A stretch of 64,000 nt of DNA from a virus (Duplodnaviria; Caudoviricetes), in the IMG/VR virus record IMGVR_UViG_3300036778_000062, positions 64,001-128,000 of that record. The stretch is one strand, 5' to 3'. Both the position numbers and the translations under genes were made by a program. Below the pieces are notes generated by a model. It saw only the letters and a program-made list of their open reading frames with translations. It ran no database searches and was not told the origin of the DNA. Shown here piece after piece: positions 1 through 8,616 of the stretch; position 1 is the stretch's first letter, and the number at the start of each line of letters is the position of its first letter.

Positions 1-4
1 GGCC

Positions 5-430
5 ATGTACGAGAACGAGCCGCGCGTCAGCGTCGATAATAGTCCGTCGCTTTATTACGCCTATCGGTGGGGCTACACCGGCCTCTTCTATCACCACGGG
101 CACAAGCGCGACATCAATACGGTTGACGCCACGCTGGCCGGATTGTTCCGAGAAATATTCGGCGCGTGCAGGATTTGCTATGCGCACGTTGGCCACAAGC
201 ACAGCGACGAAGGCAAGAAAACCAATCTCATGTACGTGGAGCGGCACGAGACCTTGGCCGCGCCCGATGCCTTCAATGCTGGCGGCGGCTGGCTGTCCGG
301 TAGGTCAGCCAAGGTCATCACTTATTCGAGGCATGGAGGAGAGGTGTTCAGGTCGACGCTTCGTCCCGAGATGGTTGCTGGTTCATACGTTGCAGCCAAC
401 GACAACGAGCCTGTGCGGAGGGCGGCGTGA
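5..430 (+). CDS. Phage metallophosphoesterase-like protein, C-terminal part (probably begins before the window)
   Basis: HHGH and HVGHKH His motifs resemble calcineurin-like phosphoesterase motifs; ends AANDNEPVRRAA. Confidence 0.55.
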   Translation: MYENEPRVSVDNSPSLYYAYRWGYTGLFYHHGHKRDINTVDATLAGLFREIFGACRICYAHVGHKHSDEGKKTNLMYVERHETLAAPDAFNAGGGWLSGRSAKVITYSRHGGEVFRSTLRPEMVAGSYVAANDNEPVRRAA

Positions 431-573
431 TGGAGGGCTGGCAGATTATTGAAGAGGCGTGGCAAGCGTTTGATAAGTGGCGTGCTGAGCAGACTGACGA
501 GGTTCAAGAGTTGGACATAGTGGCTCAGATCAATTTGTATTACGCCGCCTCTACGCAAGTTGAGGCCGCATGA
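430..573 (+). CDS. Small phage hypothetical protein (47 aa, MEGWQII...QVEAA)
   Basis: Hand-translated; TGATG overlap with the previous stop and ATGA overlap with the next gene. Confidence 0.55.
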   Translation: MEGWQIIEEAWQAFDKWRAEQTDEVQELDIVAQINLYYAASTQVEAA

Positions 574-734
574 TCAGGCTACTGCAATGGCTGGTGTGCG
601 GTCACATCCACAAGTGGAAGACGATCCGAGAATCTAGGTTGTTCGAGCGTGGCCACGACGATCGTCCAGTAGGGTCTGTCTTCATACAGCAGTGCGAACA
701 CTGCGGCATAGTCAAGCGGAGGACGTTAGATTGA
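570..734 (+). CDS. Small putative Zn-binding phage protein (54 aa)
   Basis: Hand-translated MIRLLQWLVCGHIHKW...CEHCG; overlaps coupled at both ends. Confidence 0.55.
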   Translation: MIRLLQWLVCGHIHKWKTIRESRLFERGHDDRPVGSVFIQQCEHCGIVKRRTLD

Positions 735-964
735 CTCCAATCCACTTTGACTCTGTAAACACGATCTACAAAGCCCCACCAGACTGGAACGAAGCCGAGC
801 ATGGCCCGTGCGTAGACCTGCCTGTGCAGCGCACGGATGACTTCGCAATCAGCCGCTGGCGGCCATCCTACGCGGAATTGCAAATCCTGAACGATGGCGG
901 CGCGGTCGAGGTTGCTATTGCCGGCGGCCAGCCTGCAATAGCTGTGGCGGCGCGACGGCCATGA
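731..964 (+). CDS. Phage hypothetical protein
   Basis: TTG start overlapping previous TGA; ATGA overlap with the GNAT gene. Confidence 0.55.
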   Translation: MTPIHFDSVNTIYKAPPDWNEAEHGPCVDLPVQRTDDFAISRWRPSYAELQILNDGGAVEVAIAGGQPAIAVAARRP

Positions 965-1389
965 CCTACACCATCCGAGAAGTCGACGGCGAAGACGAAG
1001 ACATCGCCGAAACGCTAGACGCGCTCCACGACCTTTGCTTCCTGGATGCAGCGCTGCGCGTTAAGTACGACTACGGCCATTGGTGGATTGCATACGCATG
1101 CAAAGAACCGGCCGGATTTGCTGGCATCACGCCAAGCACGATCGGTCCTGGCGTTGGCTATTTGAAGCGCGCTGGCGTTCTGCCGGCGCACCGTGGGCAT
1201 GGCCTACAGCGGCGCTTGCTGAAGGTACGCGAGGCGCGCGCTAGGAAATTGGGTTGGTCATCAGTGATTACGGATACGACGGACAATGTGCCGAGCGCGA
1301 ATAATTTGATTGCGTCTGGGTATCGGTTGTTCAGCCCTGAGCCATGGGCGTTCAAGCATAGCTTGTATTGGATGAAGGAGTTGCAATGA
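961..1389 (+). CDS. GNAT-family acetyltransferase
   Basis: Acetyl-CoA motif V-x-P-x-H-R-G-H-G-L-Q-R-R-L and N-x-x-S-A-N-N-L-x-x-x-G-Y. Confidence 0.85.
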   Translation: MTYTIREVDGEDEDIAETLDALHDLCFLDAALRVKYDYGHWWIAYACKEPAGFAGITPSTIGPGVGYLKRAGVLPAHRGHGLQRRLLKVREARARKLGWSSVITDTTDNVPSANNLIASGYRLFSPEPWAFKHSLYWMKELQ

Positions 1390-1529
1390 GCGACGATGAA
1401 CTAAAGGCTGCACTGCGTGCAGCGTTCAAGGAAGCGATTGAAAAGATTGGCATTGATGCTTTCCGTAGCACGTCTTGGTTTCTTGCCGGGCGCAGGAACC
1501 TCGCTACGCAAGTTGCGGAGGCTGCGTGA
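1386..1529 (+). CDS. Small phage hypothetical protein (47 aa, MSDDELKAA...VAEAA)
   Basis: Hand-translated; AAGGAG RBS and coupled overlaps. Confidence 0.55.
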   Translation: MSDDELKAALRAAFKEAIEKIGIDAFRSTSWFLAGRRNLATQVAEAA

Positions 1530-1750
1530 TGTGGCTGCCATGGAGAAGGGTAGAGGAAACGATATCTAAAGAATGTATCGCGTTGGAAGAGATGCGATAC
1601 AAACAGGTTGGTGATGAGGTGCCGAGAGGTCAGCGCATTTTCATGGAGAAAATCAAGCCAACAGATAATTACCACACAGCCATTGCTCAAAATGGGTTGG
1701 TGATTTGGGCTGGATCGGTTGACGAATTGTGCGAAGCGGTGCGCTCATGA
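1529..1750 (+). CDS. Phage hypothetical protein
   Basis: Coupled TGATG start with GGAGG RBS. Confidence 0.55.
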   Translation: MWLPWRRVEETISKECIALEEMRYKQVGDEVPRGQRIFMEKIKPTDNYHTAIAQNGLVIWAGSVDELCEAVRS

Positions 1751-2031
1751 CCTTCCGCCCCGGCCAACCCGTCACTTTCATCGACGACACCAACCTCGGC
1801 ACGCTCGGCTACGGAGACGAACTGTATCCACAACTGAACCAAACCTACACGGTGCGGGACGTCGTTATTGACCACTTCGGCACGGAAGGATTGCTGTTGA
1901 ACGAGATCCGCAATGATCGCCTGCCTTACCGAGTTGGCGCTGAGATTATTGATTTTGAAAAGCCGTTCGCGTCGTGGCGGTTCAGGCCGGTGGTTGGTGG
2001 GTTGCGCAAGAAAGAGATGGAGGCGGTTTAG
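1747..2031 (+). CDS. Phage hypothetical protein (SH3-like beta fold possible)
   Basis: MTFRPGQPV...YTVRDV...FASWRFRP pattern; ATGA overlap. Confidence 0.6.
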   Translation: MTFRPGQPVTFIDDTNLGTLGYGDELYPQLNQTYTVRDVVIDHFGTEGLLLNEIRNDRLPYRVGAEIIDFEKPFASWRFRPVVGGLRKKEMEAV

Positions 2032-2032
2032 G

Positions 2033-2728
2033 GTGGCAGACCCCATGAGGCATATTGAGGGGCAGATTGCTGCCGCGAAGCGCAGCAAGCCAATAGAGGT
2101 GCGCAGCCTATCCACGGCCGACACAGACACCGAGTATTACACGCCGCCGTATCCGACGCTTGATGGCAACACACTGACTGTTCCGGTCGGTGGGATGGCG
2201 GACAAGGTGCGTGACGCGCGGTGGGGCGGCGCGGAGATCAGGATTAACGGCGCGCGCTATAGCGTTACGGAATTTTACGAGGAGGGCAGATTTTTGGTTG
2301 ATAAGATTGCAGAGGATTTGCCGACGTCAGAGTGGCACCCGACTATTGGCCAGCCGGAGGCGGCCAATAGTGTGGAGTCAATTGGACACGTTCATGGCGT
2401 GGAGTTCGTTTGTGTACCAGCCAACGACAACTACACCACCCTCCGCACCATCCTGGACGCTGCCTTCAACCACGCCGCAGTCGGCAAGGGCAAGGAGCGT
2501 CACGCGCGCGGCCTGCCATTTGATGAGCAGCCCATGATGCAGACCACAAGGCTGGTCGGGCCAGGCTTTCCTTTGGGGCAGGCCATCAAGAAGGCGGGCG
2601 AGGCTGCGGGCATGATCGAGCGCGCGGAACTAGATGCGGCTGAGGCCGAGTGCTTGGGCGCGATCAACTATCTGTCCGGGGCGGTGGCTTGGATGAGGGA
2701 AGTTAAAGAGGGGATGGCGGCGGCGTGA
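2033..2728 (+). CDS. Phage hypothetical protein
   Basis: GGAGG RBS before GTG; C-terminal domain AAVGKGKERHA...GQAIKK...LGAINY typical of phage proteins. Confidence 0.65.
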   Translation: MADPMRHIEGQIAAAKRSKPIEVRSLSTADTDTEYYTPPYPTLDGNTLTVPVGGMADKVRDARWGGAEIRINGARYSVTEFYEEGRFLVDKIAEDLPTSEWHPTIGQPEAANSVESIGHVHGVEFVCVPANDNYTTLRTILDAAFNHAAVGKGKERHARGLPFDEQPMMQTTRLVGPGFPLGQAIKKAGEAAGMIERAELDAAEAECLGAINYLSGAVAWMREVKEGMAAA

Positions 2729-2937
2729 GCGACTATCATCTTGATTTAAGATATATCGCGATAACCGGGCCGGGGGTTGACGCCTTTGAGAACCGGAAAG
2801 AAACCGGATGCAAGCATGAGGTCACGATTGCTGAGGAGAGGGCCAGCATCGATCGAGTCAAGCACAAGGTATTTGCTGGACTGAAGATGCTTCGGCTTGC
2901 GGCGGTTCGGCGCGTTCCAATTGCTGTCGCCGCGTAG
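2725..2937 (+). CDS. Phage hypothetical protein
   Basis: GTGA overlap; ends VPIAVAA. Confidence 0.55.
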   Translation: MSDYHLDLRYIAITGPGVDAFENRKETGCKHEVTIAEERASIDRVKHKVFAGLKMLRLAAVRRVPIAVAA

Positions 2938-2960
2938 CGGCACAGCAATCCACATGCAAC

Positions 2961-2995
2961 AACGCCTCCTACTGCGAAAGCAATAGGAGGCGTTT
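2961..2995. terminator. Hairpin terminator between convergent operons
   Basis: aacgcctcctactgc-gaaa-gcaataggaggcgtt inverted repeat. Confidence 0.7.
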
Positions 2996-3007
2996 CTGTA
3001 GGCGGCA

Positions 3008-3463
3008 TTACGAAGAAAACATATCGTTGATGTCGTCAGGCTTGATGCCATACTCAAGCATCAACTTAATTGCGATGGCGACCGAAACTGGAACTGGAGT
3101 TTCATCATTGGCCCACCTTTGTCCTGTGCGGGGAGAGTAGCCAAAAAATTCTCCGGACTCTTCTTGGGATAACCGCAACTCCGAAATTGCTTTGCGGAAT
3201 TGTGCTGGGGCCATTGGTGGCGGCGTTGTAAAGCCCAAATTATTGCATCGGGGGTTTTCTGTTTGAATCGCGAGCGTCTCTGCCTCAAGCGCAGCATCAC
3301 GAGAGGGATAGTCCGTTATTTCAATCTTGCTAACGAGTTTAGCCCACGGCCTCGATGAATGCCTTCCGTTGCGGTAAAGCGCGTTGTTCGATATGCCAAC
3401 ATAGAGCAGTGAACCATCCTTTGCGAACTGTCTATACAACTGACACTTCTCAATATCGTTCAT
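3008..3463 (-). CDS. GIY-YIG nuclease domain fused to an XRE-like HTH
   Basis: LYRQF...LLYVGISNN..R...H, ALEAE..AI..ENP..N; C-terminal LRLSQEESGEFFGYSPRTGQRWAN. Confidence 0.75.
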   Translation of the reverse strand: MNDIEKCQLYRQFAKDGSLLYVGISNNALYRNGRHSSRPWAKLVSKIEITDYPSRDAALEAETLAIQTENPRCNNLGFTTPPPMAPAQFRKAISELRLSQEESGEFFGYSPRTGQRWANDETPVPVSVAIAIKLMLEYGIKPDDINDMFSS

Positions 3464-3645
3464 TCAACGTCCTCAGGCTTACATTGATATTTGACCATCA
3501 GCCGCAGCAGCATCGCCACCGACTCTGGCGGTCCCTTAGCTGCGTAGTTCTGGCCGGTGCGCTTTGAGACACCGAGCCAAACGCCAGCGGCCTCTTGGGA
3601 GAGGCCGAGGGACTTTATGATTGTGTTGTACTGCTTGGGGGTCAA
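3460..3645 (-). CDS. Small XRE-family HTH regulator
   Basis: LGLSQEAAGVWLGVSKRTGQNY. Confidence 0.8.
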   Translation of the reverse strand: MTPKQYNTIIKSLGLSQEAAGVWLGVSKRTGQNYAAKGPPESVAMLLRLMVKYQCKPEDVE

Positions 3646-3791
3646 CGGCGGGTTTTCTTGGCGGGCTTATTGCGCGTCGTCTTGGTCGGCGCCGCGACCT
3701 TGATATTGGAAAACGGGTTTACCAGTCCAGCATATCGGATCGGCTGGGGTGGCGTCGACATGGCGTTGGCTAGTATCTTGGTCTTGTGCAT
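3642..3791 (-). CDS. Small basic hypothetical protein
   Basis: AGGAG RBS before MHKTKIL; coupled to the HTH gene. Confidence 0.45.
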   Translation of the reverse strand: MHKTKILANAMSTPPQPIRYAGLVNPFSNIKVAAPTKTTRNKPAKKTRR

Positions 3792-3817
3792 TTTGGTTTT
3801 GGCTCCTGTGAATGTTC

Positions 3818-4006
3818 TTAACGCGACCAGCCTTGGCCGAGTCGGCGGGACATCGCGCGACCGACCTGACCGATCAGGATTTCCTTGTGCTTGCTGGTCT
3901 CGAAAGCTTCGACCGAAGCAACGAAGCCGTTTGCAATCGCGAACTTCACCATTTTGTTGTAGGCCTTGAGGGCGCGGGCTTGGCGGTTTGCTTCGGTCTT
4001 GGTCAT
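3818..4006 (-). CDS. Small hypothetical protein, first gene of the autoregulated operon
   Basis: GGAG RBS; directly downstream of the operator/promoter. Confidence 0.55.
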   Translation of the reverse strand: MTKTEANRQARALKAYNKMVKFAIANGFVASVEAFETSKHKEILIGQVGRAMSRRLGQGWSR

Positions 4007-4042
4007 TTGCTTTCTCCGTTGTTTCCGTCTTCGATGAAAACA

Positions 4043-4080
4043 ACATACGCAATTTTTGCGTAATACGCAAGAGTTGCGTA
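4043..4080 (-). promoter_or_regulatory. Sigma70-like promoter covered by two tandem palindromic operators TACGCAA-N3-TTGCGTA
   Basis: Palindromes at 4046-4062 and 4064-4080; minus strand reads TTGCGT-N17-TATGTT. Confidence 0.75.
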
Positions 4081-4258
4081 TATCACGAATTGTTACAGAT
4101 GGTTATTGATCGCCGACATCTAGCCATTGCGACACCAAATATTTGGCTGTAAATCAGCGTGGCCCCCACGCCCAAAACTGGTTTCAACTTCACCCTGTTT
4201 TGCCACCAATTCAGGGTATCCATTGTGGTAAACAATCGTTGATATTGTTGGGGAACTA

Positions 4259-4309
4259 GCCGGCCTGTCACGCCGGAGGTCGCGGGTTCGAGCCCCGTCT
4301 CTCGCGCCA
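4259..4309 (+). other. att site: 3' fragment of tRNA-Asp(GTC) (anticodon arm, T arm, acceptor 3' strand, CCA)
   Basis: gccggcctGTCacgccggaggtcgcggGTTCGagccccgtctctcgcgCCA; no 5' acceptor strand or D arm upstream. Confidence 0.9.
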
Positions 4310-4606
4310 TCATTTCAATGGCTTAGCACCCCTCCCTAAAACCGCTTGTCCAAGGTTGGCCGGCTACCTTGGACTTTCTACCCGGTTTCGTTCCGCGCTC
4401 CCCGGAGCCCAAAACGGGCTTTCCAGGTGCCTATCGACCCGACGGCTCCCCGAACCACGGCCCGGATCGAAATAGCGCCCACGGGGCCGTTCTGGCCGAT
4501 TCCCAGCCGCTTTAAAGCAAACGCAACCAGCAGCGAGCCATCCCTGTTCCGATCCCAAGGGGTAGGGGCATTTGCGCCGGTCGTGGGCGTGCGCTTTGAT
4601 GGTGGG

Positions 4607-5062
4607 ATGTCGCCCCGGATTATCACCCTCCCGCTCTCAGGCCGTGACCGCAAGCATTACATCCGCGAGCTGCGCATGGCCGTGCAGCAGCATCCGGTCG
4701 TCGTGCGCCAGGCTGCGGAGGCGCGCGCTGTCGCCGATCGGCTGGAATGCGAGGAATGGAGTATTCGCCAGTTTATCGGCGGCCCGGCCGAGCCGTCGCC
4801 CTCGATCGCTCAGGCCCTCAATGCTGGCCGGGACCTCCTCGAGGTGCGCTGTCGGCGCTGCAATCACGGCGACTACATTGCGCTCGCCGACTTGGTGCTG
4901 CCGCGAGAGCGGCCGGTCCACACGCTAGCCAAAGTGCTGGCCTGCCAACCCTGCTCGAGGAACGGCCGGCCCAAGCAGCGGCCGGATCTGGTCGCCCTGA
5001 TCGAGCAGCCCGCGAATGATCCGGCCGGGCCGGCCAAGGCGGCACGCGCTCAAAAGGGCTGA
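4607..5062 (+). CDS. Zn-ribbon protein (CxxC...CxxC) upstream of SRAP
   Basis: LLEVRCRRCNH...LACQPCS. Confidence 0.6.
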   Translation: MSPRIITLPLSGRDRKHYIRELRMAVQQHPVVVRQAAEARAVADRLECEEWSIRQFIGGPAEPSPSIAQALNAGRDLLEVRCRRCNHGDYIALADLVLPRERPVHTLAKVLACQPCSRNGRPKQRPDLVALIEQPANDPAGPAKAARAQKG

Positions 5063-5065
5063 ACG

Positions 5066-5731
5066 ATGTGTAATCTCTATTCGATTACCACGAATCAGGC
5101 GGCGATCGCGGCGCTCTTCCGCCGCTTGAACCGGTATGCCGGCAATCTCGCGCCGATGCCGGGGGTGTTTCCAGACTATCCAGCGCCGGTCATCCGCAAT
5201 GCCGGCGGTGACGCCGAAGAGATGGAGATGATGCGTTGGGGCATGCCGCCACCGCCGCGCGCCGGCGGCTTCCCCGTCACCAACATTCGCAACACCGCCT
5301 CGCCGCATTGGCGCGCATGGCTTAAGCGGGAGAACCGTTGCCTGGTCCCGGCAAACAGCTTCGCCGAATACGCACCCGAGCCGAATCCCGCGACGAAGAA
5401 AAAGGATGTCGTGTGGTTCGCGCTTAACGATGATCGCCCGCTTTTCACCTTCGCCGGGATATGGACCGAGTTCAAAGGCGATCGAGGAACGAAATCCAAG
5501 CCGATCGCGGGACCGCATCTGGTCTACGGTTTCCTTACCACCGAGCCGAATGCCGTGGTCGCCCCGATCCATCCCAAGGCCATGCCGGTAATCCTGACCA
5601 CCGAAGAGGAGCGCAACGTCTGGATGCGCGCGCCATGGGACGAAGCCAAATCGTTACAGCGACCATTGCCGGACGATGCGCTGAAGATCGTGATGCGCGG
5701 TGCGGACAAGGAAGACAGGGCCGCAGCATGA
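5066..5731 (+). CDS. SOS response-associated peptidase (SRAP/YedK/HMCES family, abasic-site binding)
   Basis: N-terminal MCNLY (Cys2), [40 protein letters not shown]. Confidence 0.93.
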   Translation: MCNLYSITTNQAAIAALFRRLNRYAGNLAPMPGVFPDYPAPVIRNAGGDAEEMEMMRWGMPPPPRAGGFPVTNIRNTASPHWRAWLKRENRCLVPANSFAEYAPEPNPATKKKDVVWFALNDDRPLFTFAGIWTEFKGDRGTKSKPIAGPHLVYGFLTTEPNAVVAPIHPKAMPVILTTEEERNVWMRAPWDEAKSLQRPLPDDALKIVMRGADKEDRAAA

Positions 5732-5991
5732 AATTCGTCGAACACAGCCGCTATGCGGATCCCGAGGCCGCGGCTCGCCTCATAATGGAAATCGCAAACT
5801 CGGTTGAACCCGTGCAGGATGGCCGGATCCACGTCGAGAAGATCAACGAGCCTTTTCTGTTTAAACACAAGGGGGCGCCGGCGGAGTATGGCGCTGGCAT
5901 GAAGCTGGCGATCGCGCGCGGCTGGCTCTGGATGCACGAGAGCGGAACCTTTGTGAAGTTCACGCCCGCCGGCGCCGAGCTATTCGCATGA
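5728..5991 (+). CDS. Hypothetical winged-helix-like protein
   Basis: ATGA-coupled to SRAP; ends [23 protein letters not shown]. Confidence 0.65.
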   Translation: MKFVEHSRYADPEAAARLIMEIANSVEPVQDGRIHVEKINEPFLFKHKGAPAEYGAGMKLAIARGWLWMHESGTFVKFTPAGAELFA

Positions 5992-6185
5992 AGTGTCATT
6001 TTTGCGCGGATGTGGGCTGGGTCTGCGAGAACCATCCGTACATGCCTTGGGGAGACCATCCGGGCGCTTGCGACTGTAGCGGCGCCGGCATTCCGTGCGC
6101 TCGCTGCAATCCGTGCGACGCGTTGAACCCGCCGCGGCCGCCGGCCGGCTTTGTCGACGGCGAGGACGGCGGAACCCGCCATTAA
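5988..6185 (+). CDS. Small Cys-rich protein
   Basis: CxxC..GWVCE.HP..PW...CxC.GAG.PCxxCN. Confidence 0.65.
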   Translation: MKCHFCADVGWVCENHPYMPWGDHPGACDCSGAGIPCARCNPCDALNPPRPPAGFVDGEDGGTRH

Positions 6186-6249
6186 AGTGCGATTCGTAAT
6201 TGCCTATCCCCGTGCCTATTTGGGCCTGGGGGCCATAGGAAAAATTACC

Positions 6250-6435
6250 ATGTTTAGATTGATTCAGCGCTCCCGGCCGCCCTACGAATTTAGGAAGTCC
6301 CTCTTCAGGGAGCTCGACGAGGCCGTTTGGGCCGCGCGTGAAAGCCATGGCGACTACCTTATCGAGGAAACGTCCGAGACCGGAGCATCTTTGGCGGTCA
6401 AGAAATATCGGCTTGGCAAGTTTGAGATGGGTTGA
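6250..6435 (+). CDS. Small hypothetical protein
   Basis: AGGA RBS before ATG; ORF only. Confidence 0.4.
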   Translation: MFRLIQRSRPPYEFRKSLFRELDEAVWAARESHGDYLIEETSETGASLAVKKYRLGKFEMG

Positions 6436-6506
6436 GTGTCTTGCCGGAGTCAATCGCGCCGATTCAGTTCGCATTCGACGGCATCAGTGAGGCAAAAAGG
6501 ACGAAG

Positions 6507-6773
6507 ATGACATACGACGTTTTTGGTCCATTCCTGCGGGTGGATACGTGGCACACCGATCATCCCGGGGATGAACGATGTTTTTATCGCTGCCTTGCGC
6601 AAGTCGTTGAAGATCCCGACTTCGATCCGCAGGCTATGGGCAATTACATGCGCGCCGCGAAGAAGATTGCGAAAGATGACCATGATCATCATTTTGCGCA
6701 GACAATTCGCGATCTGGTTACAAAGGCCTGTGCCATTCGCGATTTTCTCGAAGTAAAGAAAGAACAGGGGTAA
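6507..6773 (+). CDS. Hypothetical protein
   Basis: AAGGA RBS; FL.VDTWHT.HP.DE..FY motif. Confidence 0.55.
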   Translation: MTYDVFGPFLRVDTWHTDHPGDERCFYRCLAQVVEDPDFDPQAMGNYMRAAKKIAKDDHDHHFAQTIRDLVTKACAIRDFLEVKKEQG

Positions 6774-6786
6774 AATTCGGGTCTTG

Positions 6787-7080
6787 ATGGCGCGCGAGAC
6801 GAGCGGCTGGCAGAAGAAGTTCGCCGCGCCAATTGACGCCGGCGGCAAGTCGCTCCGCACTCTGCGCGATGCAGGCCACTACGTCACGAAGCTCCCGAAG
6901 GCGACCGCCGAACTGCCGCACTGGCAGAACGCCACGAAGTACCTGATCGAAGCGGCCAAACACCCGTTCTTCGTGATGGTTGCCGAGATTGCGATGCGGA
7001 CCGCGCTCAATCACGGCAAGCCGCCGCCGGATCCGGAGCCGCGTCGCAAGAGCACAAAAAAATATCGAGTCATTAGGTAA
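6787..7080 (+). CDS. Small hypothetical protein of a type common in Bradyrhizobium-like genomes
   Basis: W...F..PI.....L.TLRDA..Y..KLP......WQ.A...LI.AA pattern. Confidence 0.65.
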   Translation: MARETSGWQKKFAAPIDAGGKSLRTLRDAGHYVTKLPKATAELPHWQNATKYLIEAAKHPFFVMVAEIAMRTALNHGKPPPDPEPRRKSTKKYRVIR

Positions 7081-7125
7081 AATTGTAGTTGCTCTCGCCT
7101 CTAGGTTGAGGCAACCCTTCGCGCT

Positions 7126-8574
7126 GTGAATTTCAAGGGGGCCGATACTTCGGCGGGGGCGGCGGGGGCCGTTCAGTTCGCAGTCGCGAAACATGACGTA
7201 CAGAGCCGCTTCGACGCGGCTTTGCTCGTGACGCTGGGACTCGTCGCGGCCTATTTCCTCATCTATCCGGTTTGGCGCTCGCAATTCCTGATTGAAATTT
7301 GGTTCACCGAAGGGTGGAACGCCTATTTCCAGGACATGGCAGCGGCTGGCGGTAGGATCTATCCTTCACCCAACGACCTGATCATCAATAACTATCCACC
7401 GCTTTCGTTCTATGCAGTTGGCCTGCTCGGCAAGGCGGCCGGCATTGACAATCTGTTTTTGGGGCGGGCGATATCTCTGGCCTCTCTCATCGGCACGGCC
7501 CTAGGGATTTTTTCCTGCATCCGCACGCTGACCTGCAGCCGAGTGGATGCTGCTCTCGGATCGCTTTGGTTTGTCGCGATCATGTCCCACAACTTCACGT
7601 CCTATGTGGGCGCGAACGATCCCCAGCTTACCGGCGAGGCCATCATGACTGGCGGTCTCGCTTGGATGTTGGCCAGAAACAGAACGGGGCGATCTGCGTT
7701 CGGCCCCTTGCTCATCATGGTGGTCGGCGGATTCTGGAAACACAACATGATCGCAATCCCGCTAACGGCTGTGATCTGGCTGTCGGCACGAAGGGGGCGC
7801 GCAGCGGTGCCGGCGATCGCCGCAAGCGCAGCCGCTGCGGCCGTCGGCCTGGCGGCCTGCGGGTTCATTTTCGGAATGGACTTCTTCCGCAATCTCTTTG
7901 TTGCGCGCAATTATTCGGTCGACCACATCCTCGGCAACATCGGCCACCTGCAATGGTGCGCGCTTGCCGGGCTGATTTGGCTGTCATGGCTGATGACGAG
8001 CAGAAGCATCGGAGCGAAGTTCACGTCACTGCATGTTCCGATCGCTCTGGCGTCGTGCCTGATGCAATGGCTTGGCGACAAGGTGTTTGGCAACGCCGAG
8101 TTCGATCTGATCATCGCTCTGGCGATCGCCGTAGGCGTAACGTGCGCGGAGATCGAGAGCTGCTCCCTCACTCGCTACACGGGAATGGCGGCGGCTAAGG
8201 TCGCTGTCGTCGCAATGCTTGTCGTCAGACTATTGGCCACCGATCGTCAGGAACCGCTACTGGTGATGTTCGATCAGAATTTCCGTTCTCTCTTTCACCA
8301 AGGCGAACAGTCGGTCCGTAACGAGGCGCAGCAAATCGCTGCGATCGAGGGGGACGTCTGGTGCTTTTACAAAGTGGTTTGCCGCGCAGCTGGAAAACCC
8401 TTCGTGGTCGATGATTTCCTGCTCGACGAGTTGGTGGCAACACGGACGATGGGACAATCCGATGTCGACGATCTTCTTCGTGCACGACACATCACCGTTC
8501 TCCACAACAGGCCCGTCGATGCCGTCACGTTGGACACATCTTTGTCGCACGCGGTGGTTCGTGCGAGACCCTAA
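7126..8574 (+). CDS. Polytopic membrane protein, GT-C (ArnT/PMT-like) glycosyltransferase-like; putative surface-conversion moron
   Basis: Many hydrophobic segments; EGWNAY after TM1 and NNYPPL loop typical of GT-C. Confidence 0.6.
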   Translation: MNFKGADTSAGAAGAVQFAVAKHDVQSRFDAALLVTLGLVAAYFLIYPVWRSQFLIEIWFTEGWNAYFQDMAAAGGRIYPSPNDLIINNYPPLSFYAVGLLGKAAGIDNLFLGRAISLASLIGTALGIFSCIRTLTCSRVDAALGSLWFVAIMSHNFTSYVGANDPQLTGEAIMTGGLAWMLARNRTGRSAFGPLLIMVVGGFWKHNMIAIPLTAVIWLSARRGRAAVPAIAASAAAAAVGLAACGFIFGMDFFRNLFVARNYSVDHILGNIGHLQWCALAGLIWLSWLMTSRSIGAKFTSLHVPIALASCLMQWLGDKVFGNAEFDLIIALAIAVGVTCAEIESCSLTRYTGMAAAKVAVVAMLVVRLLATDRQEPLLVMFDQNFRSLFHQGEQSVRNEAQQIAAIEGDVWCFYKVVCRAAGKPFVVDDFLLDELVATRTMGQSDVDDLLRARHITVLHNRPVDAVTLDTSLSHAVVRARP

Positions 8575-8616
8575 AAGAGGAAGCGCCGCTCGAAGGCGCA
8601 AGATCGGAGCTATACT

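Larger units (their letters stand above)
1..4309. mobile_element. Right end of prophage/integrative element A, bounded by a tRNA-Asp 3' fragment (att)
   Basis: Run of short stop/start-overlapping phage-type ORFs ending at a duplicated tRNA 3' end; left boundary is outside the window. Confidence 0.75.

Noticed and set aside
4234-4309. Intact tRNA-Asp gene
   Set aside because: No 5' acceptor strand or D arm upstream of 4259; only the 3' two-thirds is present
4380-4606. Alphaproteobacterial LexA box (GTTC-N7-GTTC) upstream of the SRAP operon
   Set aside because: Only isolated GTTC half-sites seen; no correctly spaced pair found by eye
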